From Minisyncoccota bacterium (GTDB lineage: Bacteria; Patescibacteriota; Minisyncoccia; Phycocordibacterales; Zambryskibacteraceae): a stretch of 64,000 nt of DNA. Made by a program: the position numbers and the translations under genes. The notes below the pieces were generated by a model, which saw only the letters and a list, made by a program, of their open reading frames with translations, had not been told where the DNA came from and did no database searches. The stretch is from positions 27,821 to 91,820 of the forward strand of contig JAGVCW010000021.1 of assembly GCA_020059045.1 (NCBI GenBank), in the 5' to 3' direction. Below, in pieces: positions 46,175 to 56,284 of this stretch; position 1 is the stretch's first letter; each line of letters opens with the position of its first letter.

Positions 46175-46693
46175 TTAGTGTTCACTACTTTCAAGTAATG
46201 AAGACTCTCTATCTTGAATTCTTATAAACGGAGTGAATATGACACCTGCTAGGAGTATACCGAGAGAGTTGCTTATAAGATCAAGCCAAGTGTCGTTTAT
46301 TGTTGTCGCCATTACGAGATTAGTATAGTTTTGAAGGAAAAATTCGAAAATCTCGTTTCCTACTCCGAGTGCAGTTACGACAAGTGCAGTAAATACTAAA
46401 AATTGGAATCTACTTACTTTTGCTCCTGAATCTTTTACAGCAAGAAAGCAAATGAGAAATGCGGCGAATCCTCCTGCAAAGCCATGCTGAATCCTGTTGG
46501 CTATTTCGCGATCCGGAGTTAGATACACGATTGCGAAAGCTACAACACAGAACAAAACTATAATTCCAAGTGATCGAGAAGTGTTGCCATCTCTCATGTT
46601 CATTTCGTTATCGTTTGCAAAAAACTTAGAGAAGAGATATCTAAGAGGGAAGTAGGCAATACAGTATGTAATTGTAGTTAAAATTGAAAACAT
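46175..46693 (-). CDS. Polytopic membrane protein, paralog of 29543..29932
   Basis: I set the start to ATG 46693, right after the ABC-gene stop. GNEIFEF and NDTWLDLISNSLG motifs. Confidence 0.55.
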   Translation of the reverse strand: MFSILTTITYCIAYFPLRYLFSKFFANDNEMNMRDGNTSRSLGIIVLFCVVAFAIVYLTPDREIANRIQHGFAGGFAAFLICFLAVKDSGAKVSRFQFLVFTALVVTALGVGNEIFEFFLQNYTNLVMATTINDTWLDLISNSLGILLAGVIFTPFIRIQDRESSLLESSEH

Positions 46694-46694
46694 A

Positions 46695-48443
46695 TTATTC
46701 TTCTCGTACCGCACTCTGCTGTCTCCACAAGGCCGAGTAGAGACCGTTTTTTGAAAGCAGCTCCACGTGACTACCAGCTTCGGACAAGCTGCCCTTTTCG
46801 AGAACATATATTGTATCAGCGTGTGCGATTGTTGACAGCCTATGAGCAACCATCACTATTACAAGATCAGGTTTGGTCTTTGCAATGTCTTGTATTGTTT
46901 TTGTAATCTCTTTTTCTGTAATCGAGTCTAGACTAGATGTCGCCTCGTCAAATATTATTAAGTCAGGATTTCGTAGTAGCGCTCGTGCAATGGCAAGTCT
47001 TTGGCGTTCCCCACCAGAGACCTTTATGCCACCTTCACCAATCTTTGTATCAAGTCCCTCTGTACTCCGCTCAATAATAGAAAGCACTGCCGCACCACGT
47101 AGAGCCTCCAAGCACTCTTCATCACGAGCTTTCGGATTTACGAAGAGCAAGTTTTCGCGAATGGTGCCTGCGAAGAGCTGAGTTTCTTGTGATACGTATC
47201 CTATGCGACGACGGAGAAGGTCGTAATCAATATTTTCTCCAGAAATATTATTAACTAACACTGTGCCTTCTGTGGGTTTATACAAGCCTACAAGTAGTTT
47301 AATCGTTGTAGATTTTCCAGATCCTGATGGTCCGACGAAAGCAGCTACTTCTCCCTTCTTAATTTTGAAAGTTAAATCTTTAACCGCAGGGCTATTGCCT
47401 GTTGCATGAGTGAACCCAACCCGCTCGAACCGAATACTATCGAGTGCCCCAAGCGTTGTTGGATTTTCTGGTTTTACCTCTGGCTTTTGTTTCAGTATGT
47501 CATCGAGCTTCTCCATACTTGCACGAGCTTCCTGGAAAATGTTTGCAACGGTTCCAAGCTCGCCAAGCGGTCCAAATACGAAGAAAAGATATATGTATAG
47601 ACTGAAGAATTCTCCAAACGTAATGAGCTTCTCATAAATGAGGTACATCATTATAAGAAGTAAGACTGACCGGATAGCGTTTATGAGTGTGCCCTGTACG
47701 AAGCTAAGAAGACGAATGACTTTGATCTTTCGTAGCTCAAGAGATAATATTTTTTTATTTACTATATTGAGTCGATCTGTTTCTTGGTTTTCAAGCCCTA
47801 GAGATTTTACAAGTTCTACATTGCGCAATGTTTCTGTTGTCGATCCTGAGAGAGCGGCCGTTTCTGTCACGATCTCTTTCTGCATTGCCTTTATGCGTCG
47901 CGTAAGGAAAAAGGTTACAGTTCCAACAGTAGGAATGATAAGAATATACATGAGCCCCACAAGCCAGTGAACATAGAAACCGTATCCTACTACGAAGATA
48001 ATAGAAACAAGTGGTAGAAAAATAATTCCGACAGCGGCACCTATGAGCTGTTCAGAATCCTTACGAGCCTTCTGAAGCTTTTGTAATAGCTCACCAGATC
48101 TTTCATCTTCGAATGCGGCATAGGGGAGAGAGAATGAATGCGCAACACTTTTTTCATACATTGTTGCACCCACTCGCTGAGTTACCGTGCTTAAGTAGTA
48201 GTCTTGAAAGTTTTTCGCGACTCTTGAGACAAAAGCTACACCGACGGATGCAAGAAGCAGGAGTATTATTCCCTGGAAGAATTCTTCCCGGGGTATCTCA
48301 AAGGCTCGAGACGCATAGTTGTCTACAATAAGTCTGAAAATCTGAGGGTCAAGAAGTGAGAAGACTTGGTTAATGGTTGCAAGAACAAGCGCGAAAGTAA
48401 GCATCACTTTCTGCTCCTTTAGGTATACAAGAAGTTGTCGCAT
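46695..48443 (-). CDS. ABC transporter, fused permease and ATPase (exporter type)
   Basis: Six-TM N-terminal domain, Walker A GPSGSGKST, signature VSGGERQR, Walker B LIIFDEATS. The start is ambiguous (48443-48476). Confidence 0.9.
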   Translation of the reverse strand: MRQLLVYLKEQKVMLTFALVLATINQVFSLLDPQIFRLIVDNYASRAFEIPREEFFQGIILLLLASVGVAFVSRVAKNFQDYYLSTVTQRVGATMYEKSVAHSFSLPYAAFEDERSGELLQKLQKARKDSEQLIGAAVGIIFLPLVSIIFVVGYGFYVHWLVGLMYILIIPTVGTVTFFLTRRIKAMQKEIVTETAALSGSTTETLRNVELVKSLGLENQETDRLNIVNKKILSLELRKIKVIRLLSFVQGTLINAIRSVLLLIMMYLIYEKLITFGEFFSLYIYLFFVFGPLGELGTVANIFQEARASMEKLDDILKQKPEVKPENPTTLGALDSIRFERVGFTHATGNSPAVKDLTFKIKKGEVAAFVGPSGSGKSTTIKLLVGLYKPTEGTVLVNNISGENIDYDLLRRRIGYVSQETQLFAGTIRENLLFVNPKARDEECLEALRGAAVLSIIERSTEGLDTKIGEGGIKVSGGERQRLAIARALLRNPDLIIFDEATSSLDSITEKEITKTIQDIAKTKPDLVIVMVAHRLSTIAHADTIYVLEKGSLSEAGSHVELLSKNGLYSALWRQQSAVREE

Positions 48444-48538
48444 GGCACCCATAATACAGCAATACCAAGTACCCACAAAATATTTATGATAACAAAACTA
48501 CTCCGTCACGCCGTGACGGAGTAGTTTTGTTATAGAGC

Positions 48539-48739
48539 CTACATTGATGGCCGAGAATCGCAATCTCTGCAATTCTTTTTGTGTGTGAAGATTTCGTAAA
48601 TAGCGGCAAGACCTACAAGGACGTATATGATTTTTACAATCATAGCCGGGATTCCCCAAGATCCTAGTCCATAGCTAAATGCTTCGAGAAGCCAGTTTAA
48701 GCCCCCAATAATAAGTAAAACGAAAGCAACTTTATGCAT
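48539..48739 (-). CDS. DUF378-like small membrane protein
   Basis: LLIIGGLNWLLEAF..IIYVLVGLAAIYEI pattern. Confidence 0.55.
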   Translation of the reverse strand: MHKVAFVLLIIGGLNWLLEAFSYGLGSWGIPAMIVKIIYVLVGLAAIYEIFTHKKNCRDCDSRPSM

Positions 48740-48802
48740 AATTTCTTTCTAATTAATAATTTGAAACTACGTTTAGTATATCAAGTTATGCAAGAATATT
48801 TG

Positions 48803-48876
48803 TCCACCCTCCACGATTTGAACGTGGGACCCTCGAGGTATAAGCTCGATGCTCTAACCAACTGAGCTAAGGGTGG
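48803..48876 (-). tRNA. tRNA-Ile with a genomically encoded UAU anticodon
   Basis: Hand-folded cloverleaf: CCACCCT ta GCTC agttggtta GAGC a TCGAG CTTATAC CTCGA gggtc CCACG ttcaaat CGTGG AGGGTGG a. No CCA is encoded. Confidence 0.8.
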
Positions 48877-49053
48877 TATAGCGCTCAAATACTATATCAA
48901 ATATGGAAATCCTTCAATTATTACAGTCGTGCGGTTAAGTGTCCCAGCTATCCACAACGTGAGTATTCACATTGTTATAACCTAAGGGTATACTTCTAAT
49001 CAAGTTGCGGTCCTGTCTTGAAACCTTATTTATTCTTAACTTCTCTTAATAAT

Positions 49054-52000
49054 ATGTTCTCTAAAAAATTGCCATTAGTAATTGGTTTTGTTTTTGCTTT
49101 TCTTTTTATTGGACTATCTGTAGATGCACAAACTACTTCTCTAAGTTTGACGAGAAACCTAAGTTTTGGTTCTAGCGGCACAGACGTCAGCTCTCTCCAA
49201 CAATTTTTAATATCACAAGGACATTTGTCTTCTGGGAACGCCACAGGTTACTTTGGCCCCTTGACTCAAGCTGCCGTGCAAAGCTTTCAGCGAGCGCAAG
49301 GGATCGTTACTACAGGAACTGTTCAGACAACTGGGTACGGTTTAGTGGGCATACGAACACGTGCAGCCTTGGCTACATTTACGGGAGCTCAAGGCACCTT
49401 TACGCAGAATGCTACTATTGGTACTACTTTTAATACCGCAGTTTCTACGACTCTACCCCCGACCGTGGATCTAAAAGTTAATGGTTCGGATGGGCCTGTC
49501 TTGTTGCCTCCGTCTATTTCGATACAAGCCCACCAACAAGCAAACTTATCCTGGTCCTCGACTAACGCTACCAGTTGTACTGCATCGGGGGGTTGGAGTG
49601 GTACCCAAAAAACTTCAGGCAGTCAGTCATTTAAACCAACAGTAAATACTCTATATATAATTACATGTACAGGATCGGGTGGAAGTGCTAGCGATGAAGT
49701 AACTGTAAATAAAATTGGGGCCCCAAGCTCAAGCATGTTTAATCTCGGGGAAGACGTTGAAACTATTTATAGTAGCGGAAATATTTTTAATTATCCCGCT
49801 CCTGACCCCAGGGGAGGTCAAAGTATGTTTGGCGGTGTAAAAGGTAGAGTTGTTGGGGGTCCAGCGGCAGGCACATGTTGTGGCCATATTTTTTGGCATG
49901 TGGATTATGTAAACGGAATGAAGGGGTGGACCGAAAAAGATAATCTTAAAAAAGCTATCATTAATTCTACCTATACTCTTTCAAATATGGGAGATGTGAT
50001 TGTAACGAAAACCAACTTCACCCAGGCTAAGATAGTTACTTTTACAATGACTGCGATTTCTGGTAAACCCGTAGTATCAGCCGTAATAAGCTCTTCCCTG
50101 CCATCTGGCGTAACAGTCAGTCCTGATCATTATAACTCTGGTAGTCATAACGCTTGTGGCGCAGACCCAAGTGCCGCAGACCCAACTTGTTCGCATAAAC
50201 CTGTTTTTTCCATAGCTAGTAACGCGGCTACCGGAGTCTTCCCAGTTACTCTGACTACTTATGGTCCCAGCGCTCCTACAGAAACCAGCACATTTAATCT
50301 GCATATTCTTCCCGCTGGAACGGCTGTTCCCACCGTATCTCTAAAAGCTAACAACACACCTGGCACACTTTCTATCACTAACGGTACCCAGATCTCTCTC
50401 ACTTGGGACTCAACCAATGTTACGAGTTGTGACCTTAGTGGAGACGGCTGGAGTGGCACAAAATATGCGGCCAAAATGCCAAGTCCAGGATTCTCTGCTA
50501 TACCGCTATCCAATAAAACCACCACATACATTATTATTTGTTCTGATGTTGCCGGCCAAAAGAGCGCGCCGAGCACGGTGGTGGTCACGACCACGGCCGG
50601 TTCTCAAACTAACAAATTTAACCAAAATGATAAGGTTGAAACCAATGCTGATGCTGTAAACGTTCGATCTACGCCGAATGGTAATCCTCCTATAGATTCT
50701 AAAAGCAAAGGAGCTAAGGGCGTGATTATGTGGGATGCTACGACAAGCGCAGGGGGTCATAATTGGTGGGAGATCAACTACGATACAGGAAAAGACGGCT
50801 GGACTGCGGAGCAGTATCTTAATCTTATATTGTCTACAGCTACTCCGCCTCCGCCACCAGGTACCCCAACAGTCGAACTTAAAGCTAATAACACTCTTGG
50901 CTCACTTTCTGTCACTAACGGTACCCAGATTTCTCTCACTTGGGTCTCCACGGATGCTACCGGTTGCGCCCTTAGTGCCAACAGCTGGAGCAGTACGAAC
51001 TTTTCGGCCCAGATGGGAAGTCCAGGATTCACTACTACTCCGTTGTCTAATACCACTACCACTTATACTATCACTTGCTATGATGCAAATGGCGTGAAAA
51101 GTGCACCAAGTACTGTAGTGGTGACAACAACTGGCTCAAGTAATACATTTAAAGACGGAGATACGGTGGAGGTGACAAACACGACCACTTCAGTCAATGT
51201 CCGCTCTTCTGCAAACGGAACAGTAATTGGCACTCAGCCACTTGGGGCTCTAGGATTAATTAAAGGTACAAGTATTAACTCTGGAGGATACGACTGGTGG
51301 AATGTGGATTACGTTCACGCCCCTGACGGCTGGACCGCAGAGCAGTTTCTTCAAAAGAATGCCGGAGGAATCCCAAGTTCCAGCAGAGTGAGTCTTCAAG
51401 CCACTCCAAATTCAGTGGCAGTCAATACCCCTGTTCTCCTTATCTGGGCACTTAGCAACTGGCCCACCAGCAGTCCCACTACTACATGTAATGCGACCGG
51501 TGGCACGGCGGGATGGCCCGGTACAAAATACGGTTTTATGACCGGCGGACAAGCTGTAGTTACTCCTACAACTGCTGGTACTCACACTTTCAACATTGAC
51601 TGTAGCGGTTATAAAGACTCGGTGACTGTGACGGTGACTACTGCGGGTTCAACCAACAAACCTCCAGTCGCGAATGCTGGCCAAGACAAAACAATCACTC
51701 TACCCACGAGCTCCGTTTCTGTGGTGAGCCCTCCAGTCGACGCAACCGATCCTGATGGTTCAAGCGACATAAATACCCATACCTGGTCTTTCGTCTCTGG
51801 TCCTGCTGGTGTTACTCCAGGCATCGCCGCTCCCGGCAACAAGAACAGTACTTTTTCTGGTCTTACTGTTGCAGGTACCTACACTTTCCGCTTCACCGTG
51901 GAAGATAAAGGGGGACTCAGGGCAACCGATGACATGAATGTAGTTGTTTTAACAAGTGGCACGCAGTCATCGGGTCCAGTTGTCGATCTAAAAGCAAATG

Positions 52001-53538
52001 GTTCAAACGGACCAGTAACTCTTTCAAAGGGTGATTCGGTTCAGTTTTCTTGGACGGGATCCAACTTAGTAAATTCTTGTTCCATTAAGGACGAAAATAA
52101 TAGCACTATATCTGGGGGGACAGGACTCAATCCTTTGGGGGGTACTCTCACTCTAGTAAATCTTACTTCTACACACACCTATACAATTACTTGTTTTACA
52201 AGTAACAACAGTACTGCAACTGATAGCGTGACGGTAATTATTTCTGGAGTATTCACAACCCCAGTTGTAGATCTCAAAGCAAATGGCTCAGACAATCCTA
52301 TAACGCTTACTGCGAACCAAGATCTTACTTTGAGTTGGACAATACAAGGAGTGTTACCAACTTGCTCATTGCGTGGTTGGGGAGTGTCCGGCTCTAATTC
52401 ATCTGGCTATGTTGAACTCTCTTCTAAAGTATTAATCGGTTCAGCATTCACTATTACCCCAACTACTGCAGGCTATCCGACTGCTGCTGGCAATATGTAC
52501 GAGATCAACTGTACAGTTTCTGGAGCAGTCACAAAGTACGATCGAGTAATAGTGACGGCAGCAGCGGTAACACCTCCAGGAGGAGGGACTACTGCATCTC
52601 CAGTAGTAACTTTATCTGCTAGTTCTGGCTCTGTAGCCGATGGTCAATCTGTTGCTCTGACTCTCACTTCTCAAAACGCTACTTACTGCACAGGAAATGT
52701 TTTTTCTGACAACAGAACTTCTGGCACGGCATATGTTGTTCCTCCCTTTGGCGGAAATACTAGCGTGGGCTACTCTGTAATATGTTACAACGGTCTTGGC
52801 GGCCCATCTAAAACTGCCTCCGTAAACGTCACCAAGTCAACGTCTGGAGGCTCACCCTCTAGCGGGGCACCGACACTTGATTTCAAAGCTGATAACTCTA
52901 AGGGGCCACTTTCTGTAGGAACTTCCGGGTCTGTATATCTCAGCTGGTCAACAACAAATGTATCTAGCTGTACGTTGAGTAATGCTGGAATATCGTACGT
53001 TTCACTTCCTAGTGGTTTCTGGAATGCAACTCCAAGTAGCTACACTTCGAAAGTCATATACACTATGAGCTGTACTGGGACAAACGGCGCTTCTATATCA
53101 GAATCAATCACCGTATATCCTGTCTACACTACAGTAAGCGTCAACAGTAGCTATCCTCTACCAAAAACTACTTATACGCTACACAATTCCCAAGACCTTA
53201 ACTTGGCTTGGAGTGCCCCAAATCTTCCAGCAGATGCACACTGTGATCTCACTTCACCTGTTAGTCTTACAAACCCCGCAGGTCAGAAGACCGGATCATG
53301 GAAGTTTACATCTACATCAACAAACTATCCTCCAAACAATGTGAGCAGCTGGTATTCACCTGGAATTGTCTACACTGTTACATGTAGTAATTCTGGCGGC
53401 ATCGTAGGCATGGCCACGGCCAATATTCTTCTTGACCCAAATACTACGAGTCTCAATAGCTCTAGTTCAAACCAACTAGCTGCTATATTTTCAGCCATAC
53501 AAAACATTTTGGCTGAGCTTAGTCTATCTGCTCGGTAG
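49054..53538 (+). CDS. Giant secreted cell-surface protein (about 1494 aa)
   Basis: Signal/TM segment, an N-terminal peptidoglycan-binding-like repeat, and many LSWSSTNATSCTASGGWSG-type beta-domains. Also SH3b-like NVRSTPNG..WWEINYD segments and a PKD-like PPVANAGQDKTITLP domain. Confidence 0.85.
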   Translation: MFSKKLPLVIGFVFAFLFIGLSVDAQTTSLSLTRNLSFGSSGTDVSSLQQFLISQGHLSSGNATGYFGPLTQAAVQSFQRAQGIVTTGTVQTTGYGLVGIRTRAALATFTGAQGTFTQNATIGTTFNTAVSTTLPPTVDLKVNGSDGPVLLPPSISIQAHQQANLSWSSTNATSCTASGGWSGTQKTSGSQSFKPTVNTLYIITCTGSGGSASDEVTVNKIGAPSSSMFNLGEDVETIYSSGNIFNYPAPDPRGGQSMFGGVKGRVVGGPAAGTCCGHIFWHVDYVNGMKGWTEKDNLKKAIINSTYTLSNMGDVIVTKTNFTQAKIVTFTMTAISGKPVVSAVISSSLPSGVTVSPDHYNSGSHNACGADPSAADPTCSHKPVFSIASNAATGVFPVTLTTYGPSAPTETSTFNLHILPAGTAVPTVSLKANNTPGTLSITNGTQISLTWDSTNVTSCDLSGDGWSGTKYAAKMPSPGFSAIPLSNKTTTYIIICSDVAGQKSAPSTVVVTTTAGSQTNKFNQNDKVETNADAVNVRSTPNGNPPIDSKSKGAKGVIMWDATTSAGGHNWWEINYDTGKDGWTAEQYLNLILSTATPPPPPGTPTVELKANNTLGSLSVTNGTQISLTWVSTDATGCALSANSWSSTNFSAQMGSPGFTTTPLSNTTTTYTITCYDANGVKSAPSTVVVTTTGSSNTFKDGDTVEVTNTTTSVNVRSSANGTVIGTQPLGALGLIKGTSINSGGYDWWNVDYVHAPDGWTAEQFLQKNAGGIPSSSRVSLQATPNSVAVNTPVLLIWALSNWPTSSPTTTCNATGGTAGWPGTKYGFMTGGQAVVTPTTAGTHTFNIDCSGYKDSVTVTVTTAGSTNKPPVANAGQDKTITLPTSSVSVVSPPVDATDPDGSSDINTHTWSFVSGPAGVTPGIAAPGNKNSTFSGLTVAGTYTFRFTVEDKGGLRATDDMNVVVLTSGTQSSGPVVDLKANGSNGPVTLSKGDSVQFSWTGSNLVNSCSIKDENNSTISGGTGLNPLGGTLTLVNLTSTHTYTITCFTSNNSTATDSVTVIISGVFTTPVVDLKANGSDNPITLTANQDLTLSWTIQGVLPTCSLRGWGVSGSNSSGYVELSSKVLIGSAFTITPTTAGYPTAAGNMYEINCTVSGAVTKYDRVIVTAAAVTPPGGGTTASPVVTLSASSGSVADGQSVALTLTSQNATYCTGNVFSDNRTSGTAYVVPPFGGNTSVGYSVICYNGLGGPSKTASVNVTKSTSGGSPSSGAPTLDFKADNSKGPLSVGTSGSVYLSWSTTNVSSCTLSNAGISYVSLPSGFWNATPSSYTSKVIYTMSCTGTNGASISESITVYPVYTTVSVNSSYPLPKTTYTLHNSQDLNLAWSAPNLPADAHCDLTSPVSLTNPAGQKTGSWKFTSTSTNYPPNNVSSWYSPGIVYTVTCSNSGGIVGMATANILLDPNTTSLNSSSSNQLAAIFSAIQNILAELSLSAR

Positions 53539-53622
53539 GCAAAGGTGTTTCCTGTTTTTTTAAAATAAAAACCATTCCCGAATTAAATAGGGAATGGTTT
53601 TCATTTCGCTTAATATAATTAA

Positions 53623-55782
53623 CTATTCAAAATGGAATTGTTTGCGCTTCTCATCTATTTGATTTTTCAAAATGGGATATTTTTTAAGCTCTGGGTCTTC
53701 TTCAATAAGTTTTCCTGCTTCAAGTCGAGCAGCTTCAACCATCTTCAGATTTTTTATTGCTTCCATTCCTATATCAGAGAGCCCCCACTGCTTGCGACCG
53801 TAGAGCTCGCCTGCACCTCTCTGCACAAGGTCGAACTCGGCAAGCTCAAAGCCACTTTTTGCAGTGCGAAGTGCTTTGAGACGATCCATACTCTTACCAC
53901 TCTTTGTCTCAGAAAATATATAGCAGTAAGGTTGGTGTGAGCTTCGCATTACTCGCCCGCGAAGCTGGTGAAGCTGAGCAAGACCAAATCTTTCTGCCCC
54001 TTCAATTATGATTATTGTGGCATTTGGAACATTTACTCCAACTTCAACAACAGAAGTTGAAACCAAAATATTTATTTTTCCATCCTTAAAGTCGTTCATG
54101 ACTTCATCCTTCTCCCCAGGTTTCATTTTGCCGTGCATGACCCCAACTTGAAATTCGGTAAAAACATCTTTTTTAAGACGCTTTGCTTCTTCTGTAACAG
54201 ATTTTGCAATCAAAGCCATTTCCCGAGTAGGGTCTGGTTCATCAATACGAGGGCAAATCACGTATGCTTGGCGACCAGACCTTAGCTCTTTACGTATTTT
54301 TTCGTACACTTGGCCTCGAGTATTTGGCAATACAATTTCTGTAATAGGCCATTTACGACCAGGAGGTAGCTCATCAAGTAGTGAAAGATCGAGGTCCCCA
54401 TAGACAGTTAGGGCCAGTGTGCGGGGTATGGGGGTCGCAGTCATGCTCAAAAGGTGGGGGATGACTCCACCTCTCTCTCTAAATTTCTGCCTCTGTGTGG
54501 TTCCAAATTTGTGTTGTTCGTCGATAATTGAAAAAGCAAGATGTTTAAATTTAACGCTTTTCTGGATAAGAGTGTGAGTGCCAATAAGTATTGGTATCTC
54601 GCCACTTGCGACCCACTTGAGGAGCTGGGAACGAGAGATGTTTGTCGCACCAAGCGGATTTATTTTGGACGGAAACTTCCTTGCACCACTTCCGGTGATG
54701 AGGCCCACCTGAACTCCAGTATATGCAAAGTATTTAACAAATGACTCAAAGTGTTGCTCAGCCAAGATTTCTGTTGGAACCATGTATGCAACCTGAAGGT
54801 TCCCAAAGTCCTGATTCTTCGGCTTTGTGGAGATTACAGCGAATGATGCGGTGGCGGCGACAGCAGTTTTCCCACTTCCCACATCTCCTTCGAGAAGCCG
54901 AGCCATAGGCACACCCTTCTTGAAGTCATCTAGAATATGGTTTACAGATTTTTTTTGGGCTTCTGTAAGAGGGAAGGGAAATCTGCTGATAAAGTCCGTT
55001 AGTTCACTAAATTTTTTAGAGATCTCAAATGAATCATGTTGTTGCCAAAGTTTGCGACTCTTGTGTTTCTCAAGTTGAATGAAGAATACTTCTTCAAATG
55101 CAAACCGTTTACGTGCTGAGAGTGCATCGTCTTTGTTCTTCGGAGTGTGGATCCATATGAGAGCAGTTTTAAGTGTAGGAAGATTGTATTTTTTTAAAAT
55201 ACTTTCAGGTATGGGGTCCACCAGCTCATCAAGCAATCCTGATTTGAAAACTTTTTGGATTGCATGGAATATCCAGTTGGATGTTACACCACGGGTTTCA
55301 GGGTAGACAGGGTATAGGTAGTGGTCCTCGTTACCTTCACCAAATAGTGAAGTTGCCCCAGTGTGAAGTGGAAGCTTCGCAATATTTTCTATCTTCGGGT
55401 TAGAAAGATAGAGCTCTCCTTTTCTCTCCGAAACTTTTCCTTCGGCACGGACAAAGCTGCCATCCTGAAGCATTTTTGCCAAGTATGGCTGATTGAACCA
55501 AACAACCTTTATACTTCCAGTCTCATCTTCAAGCATACCTTCAGCCATAGGGATTTTCTTCTTCCATGCTTTCTTCATTTTGAGCCCAGAAATTTTCCCA
55601 AATATTACTGCCGCTTCTCCTCGAGCCAAGCTTTCTATAGATTTAATTTCTGAGGTGTCTCCATACCGGCTGGGGAAGTAGTGGAGAATGTCCTCGACAG
55701 TTAGTATGTCAATCTTCTTAAGAGCCTTTTGTTGAGGAGGAAGAATGCGTAGGTGATCCGTAAGTATAGAATCATTTTTCAT
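53623..55782 (-). CDS. recG: ATP-dependent DNA helicase RecG
   Basis: GDVGSGKT, DEQHKFG, SMTATPIPRTL, and QLHQLRGRV. Confidence 0.93.
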   Translation of the reverse strand: MKNDSILTDHLRILPPQQKALKKIDILTVEDILHYFPSRYGDTSEIKSIESLARGEAAVIFGKISGLKMKKAWKKKIPMAEGMLEDETGSIKVVWFNQPYLAKMLQDGSFVRAEGKVSERKGELYLSNPKIENIAKLPLHTGATSLFGEGNEDHYLYPVYPETRGVTSNWIFHAIQKVFKSGLLDELVDPIPESILKKYNLPTLKTALIWIHTPKNKDDALSARKRFAFEEVFFIQLEKHKSRKLWQQHDSFEISKKFSELTDFISRFPFPLTEAQKKSVNHILDDFKKGVPMARLLEGDVGSGKTAVAATASFAVISTKPKNQDFGNLQVAYMVPTEILAEQHFESFVKYFAYTGVQVGLITGSGARKFPSKINPLGATNISRSQLLKWVASGEIPILIGTHTLIQKSVKFKHLAFSIIDEQHKFGTTQRQKFRERGGVIPHLLSMTATPIPRTLALTVYGDLDLSLLDELPPGRKWPITEIVLPNTRGQVYEKIRKELRSGRQAYVICPRIDEPDPTREMALIAKSVTEEAKRLKKDVFTEFQVGVMHGKMKPGEKDEVMNDFKDGKINILVSTSVVEVGVNVPNATIIIIEGAERFGLAQLHQLRGRVMRSSHQPYCYIFSETKSGKSMDRLKALRTAKSGFELAEFDLVQRGAGELYGRKQWGLSDIGMEAIKNLKMVEAARLEAGKLIEEDPELKKYPILKNQIDEKRKQFHFE

Positions 55783-55909
55783 ATAGTCTCCAAATCATAG
55801 CCGATTTGGTCTTTATGACAAATGTTAGTTCCTGTGCTCACACTAACTAAAGCACCAAGTCGTACGACTTGGTGCTTTAGTTAGTGTTTAATACCCCTAC
55901 AGCTTACTA

Positions 55910-56164
55910 CTATGTAAGATGCTTTGAAACAAGCTTTGTCATCTCAAACATGTTCACAGTTTCCTTGCCTCCGAAGACTTTCTTCAAGTTTTCGTCTGCG
56001 TTGATGTTGCGCTTGTTAGTAGGGTCCTGGAGATTCTTCCCTTTAATGTAAACCCAGAGCTTCTTAACAACTTCTGATCTAGGCATAGGTCCATTGCCCA
56101 CAACAGCCGCTAGTTCATCACTAACGTTCAAAGGCTTCATAAATGCTGAATTTGCTTTTGGCAT
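55910..56164 (-). CDS. SWIB/MDM2-domain protein
   Basis: LNVSDELAAVVGNGPMPRSEVVKKLWVYIKGKNLQDPTNKRNI..LKKVFG is the SWIB pattern. Confidence 0.75.
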   Translation of the reverse strand: MPKANSAFMKPLNVSDELAAVVGNGPMPRSEVVKKLWVYIKGKNLQDPTNKRNINADENLKKVFGGKETVNMFEMTKLVSKHLT

Positions 56165-56284
56165 GTATTTTTTATTTATATTTAACCCTACTATCCTACC
56201 ATATTTGCTGTTTTAGGGAAGGGGATGATTGGGGGTTGAAAAAACCTCCACAAAAGATGCGGAGGCTAAAGGGTTCAAATAGAG

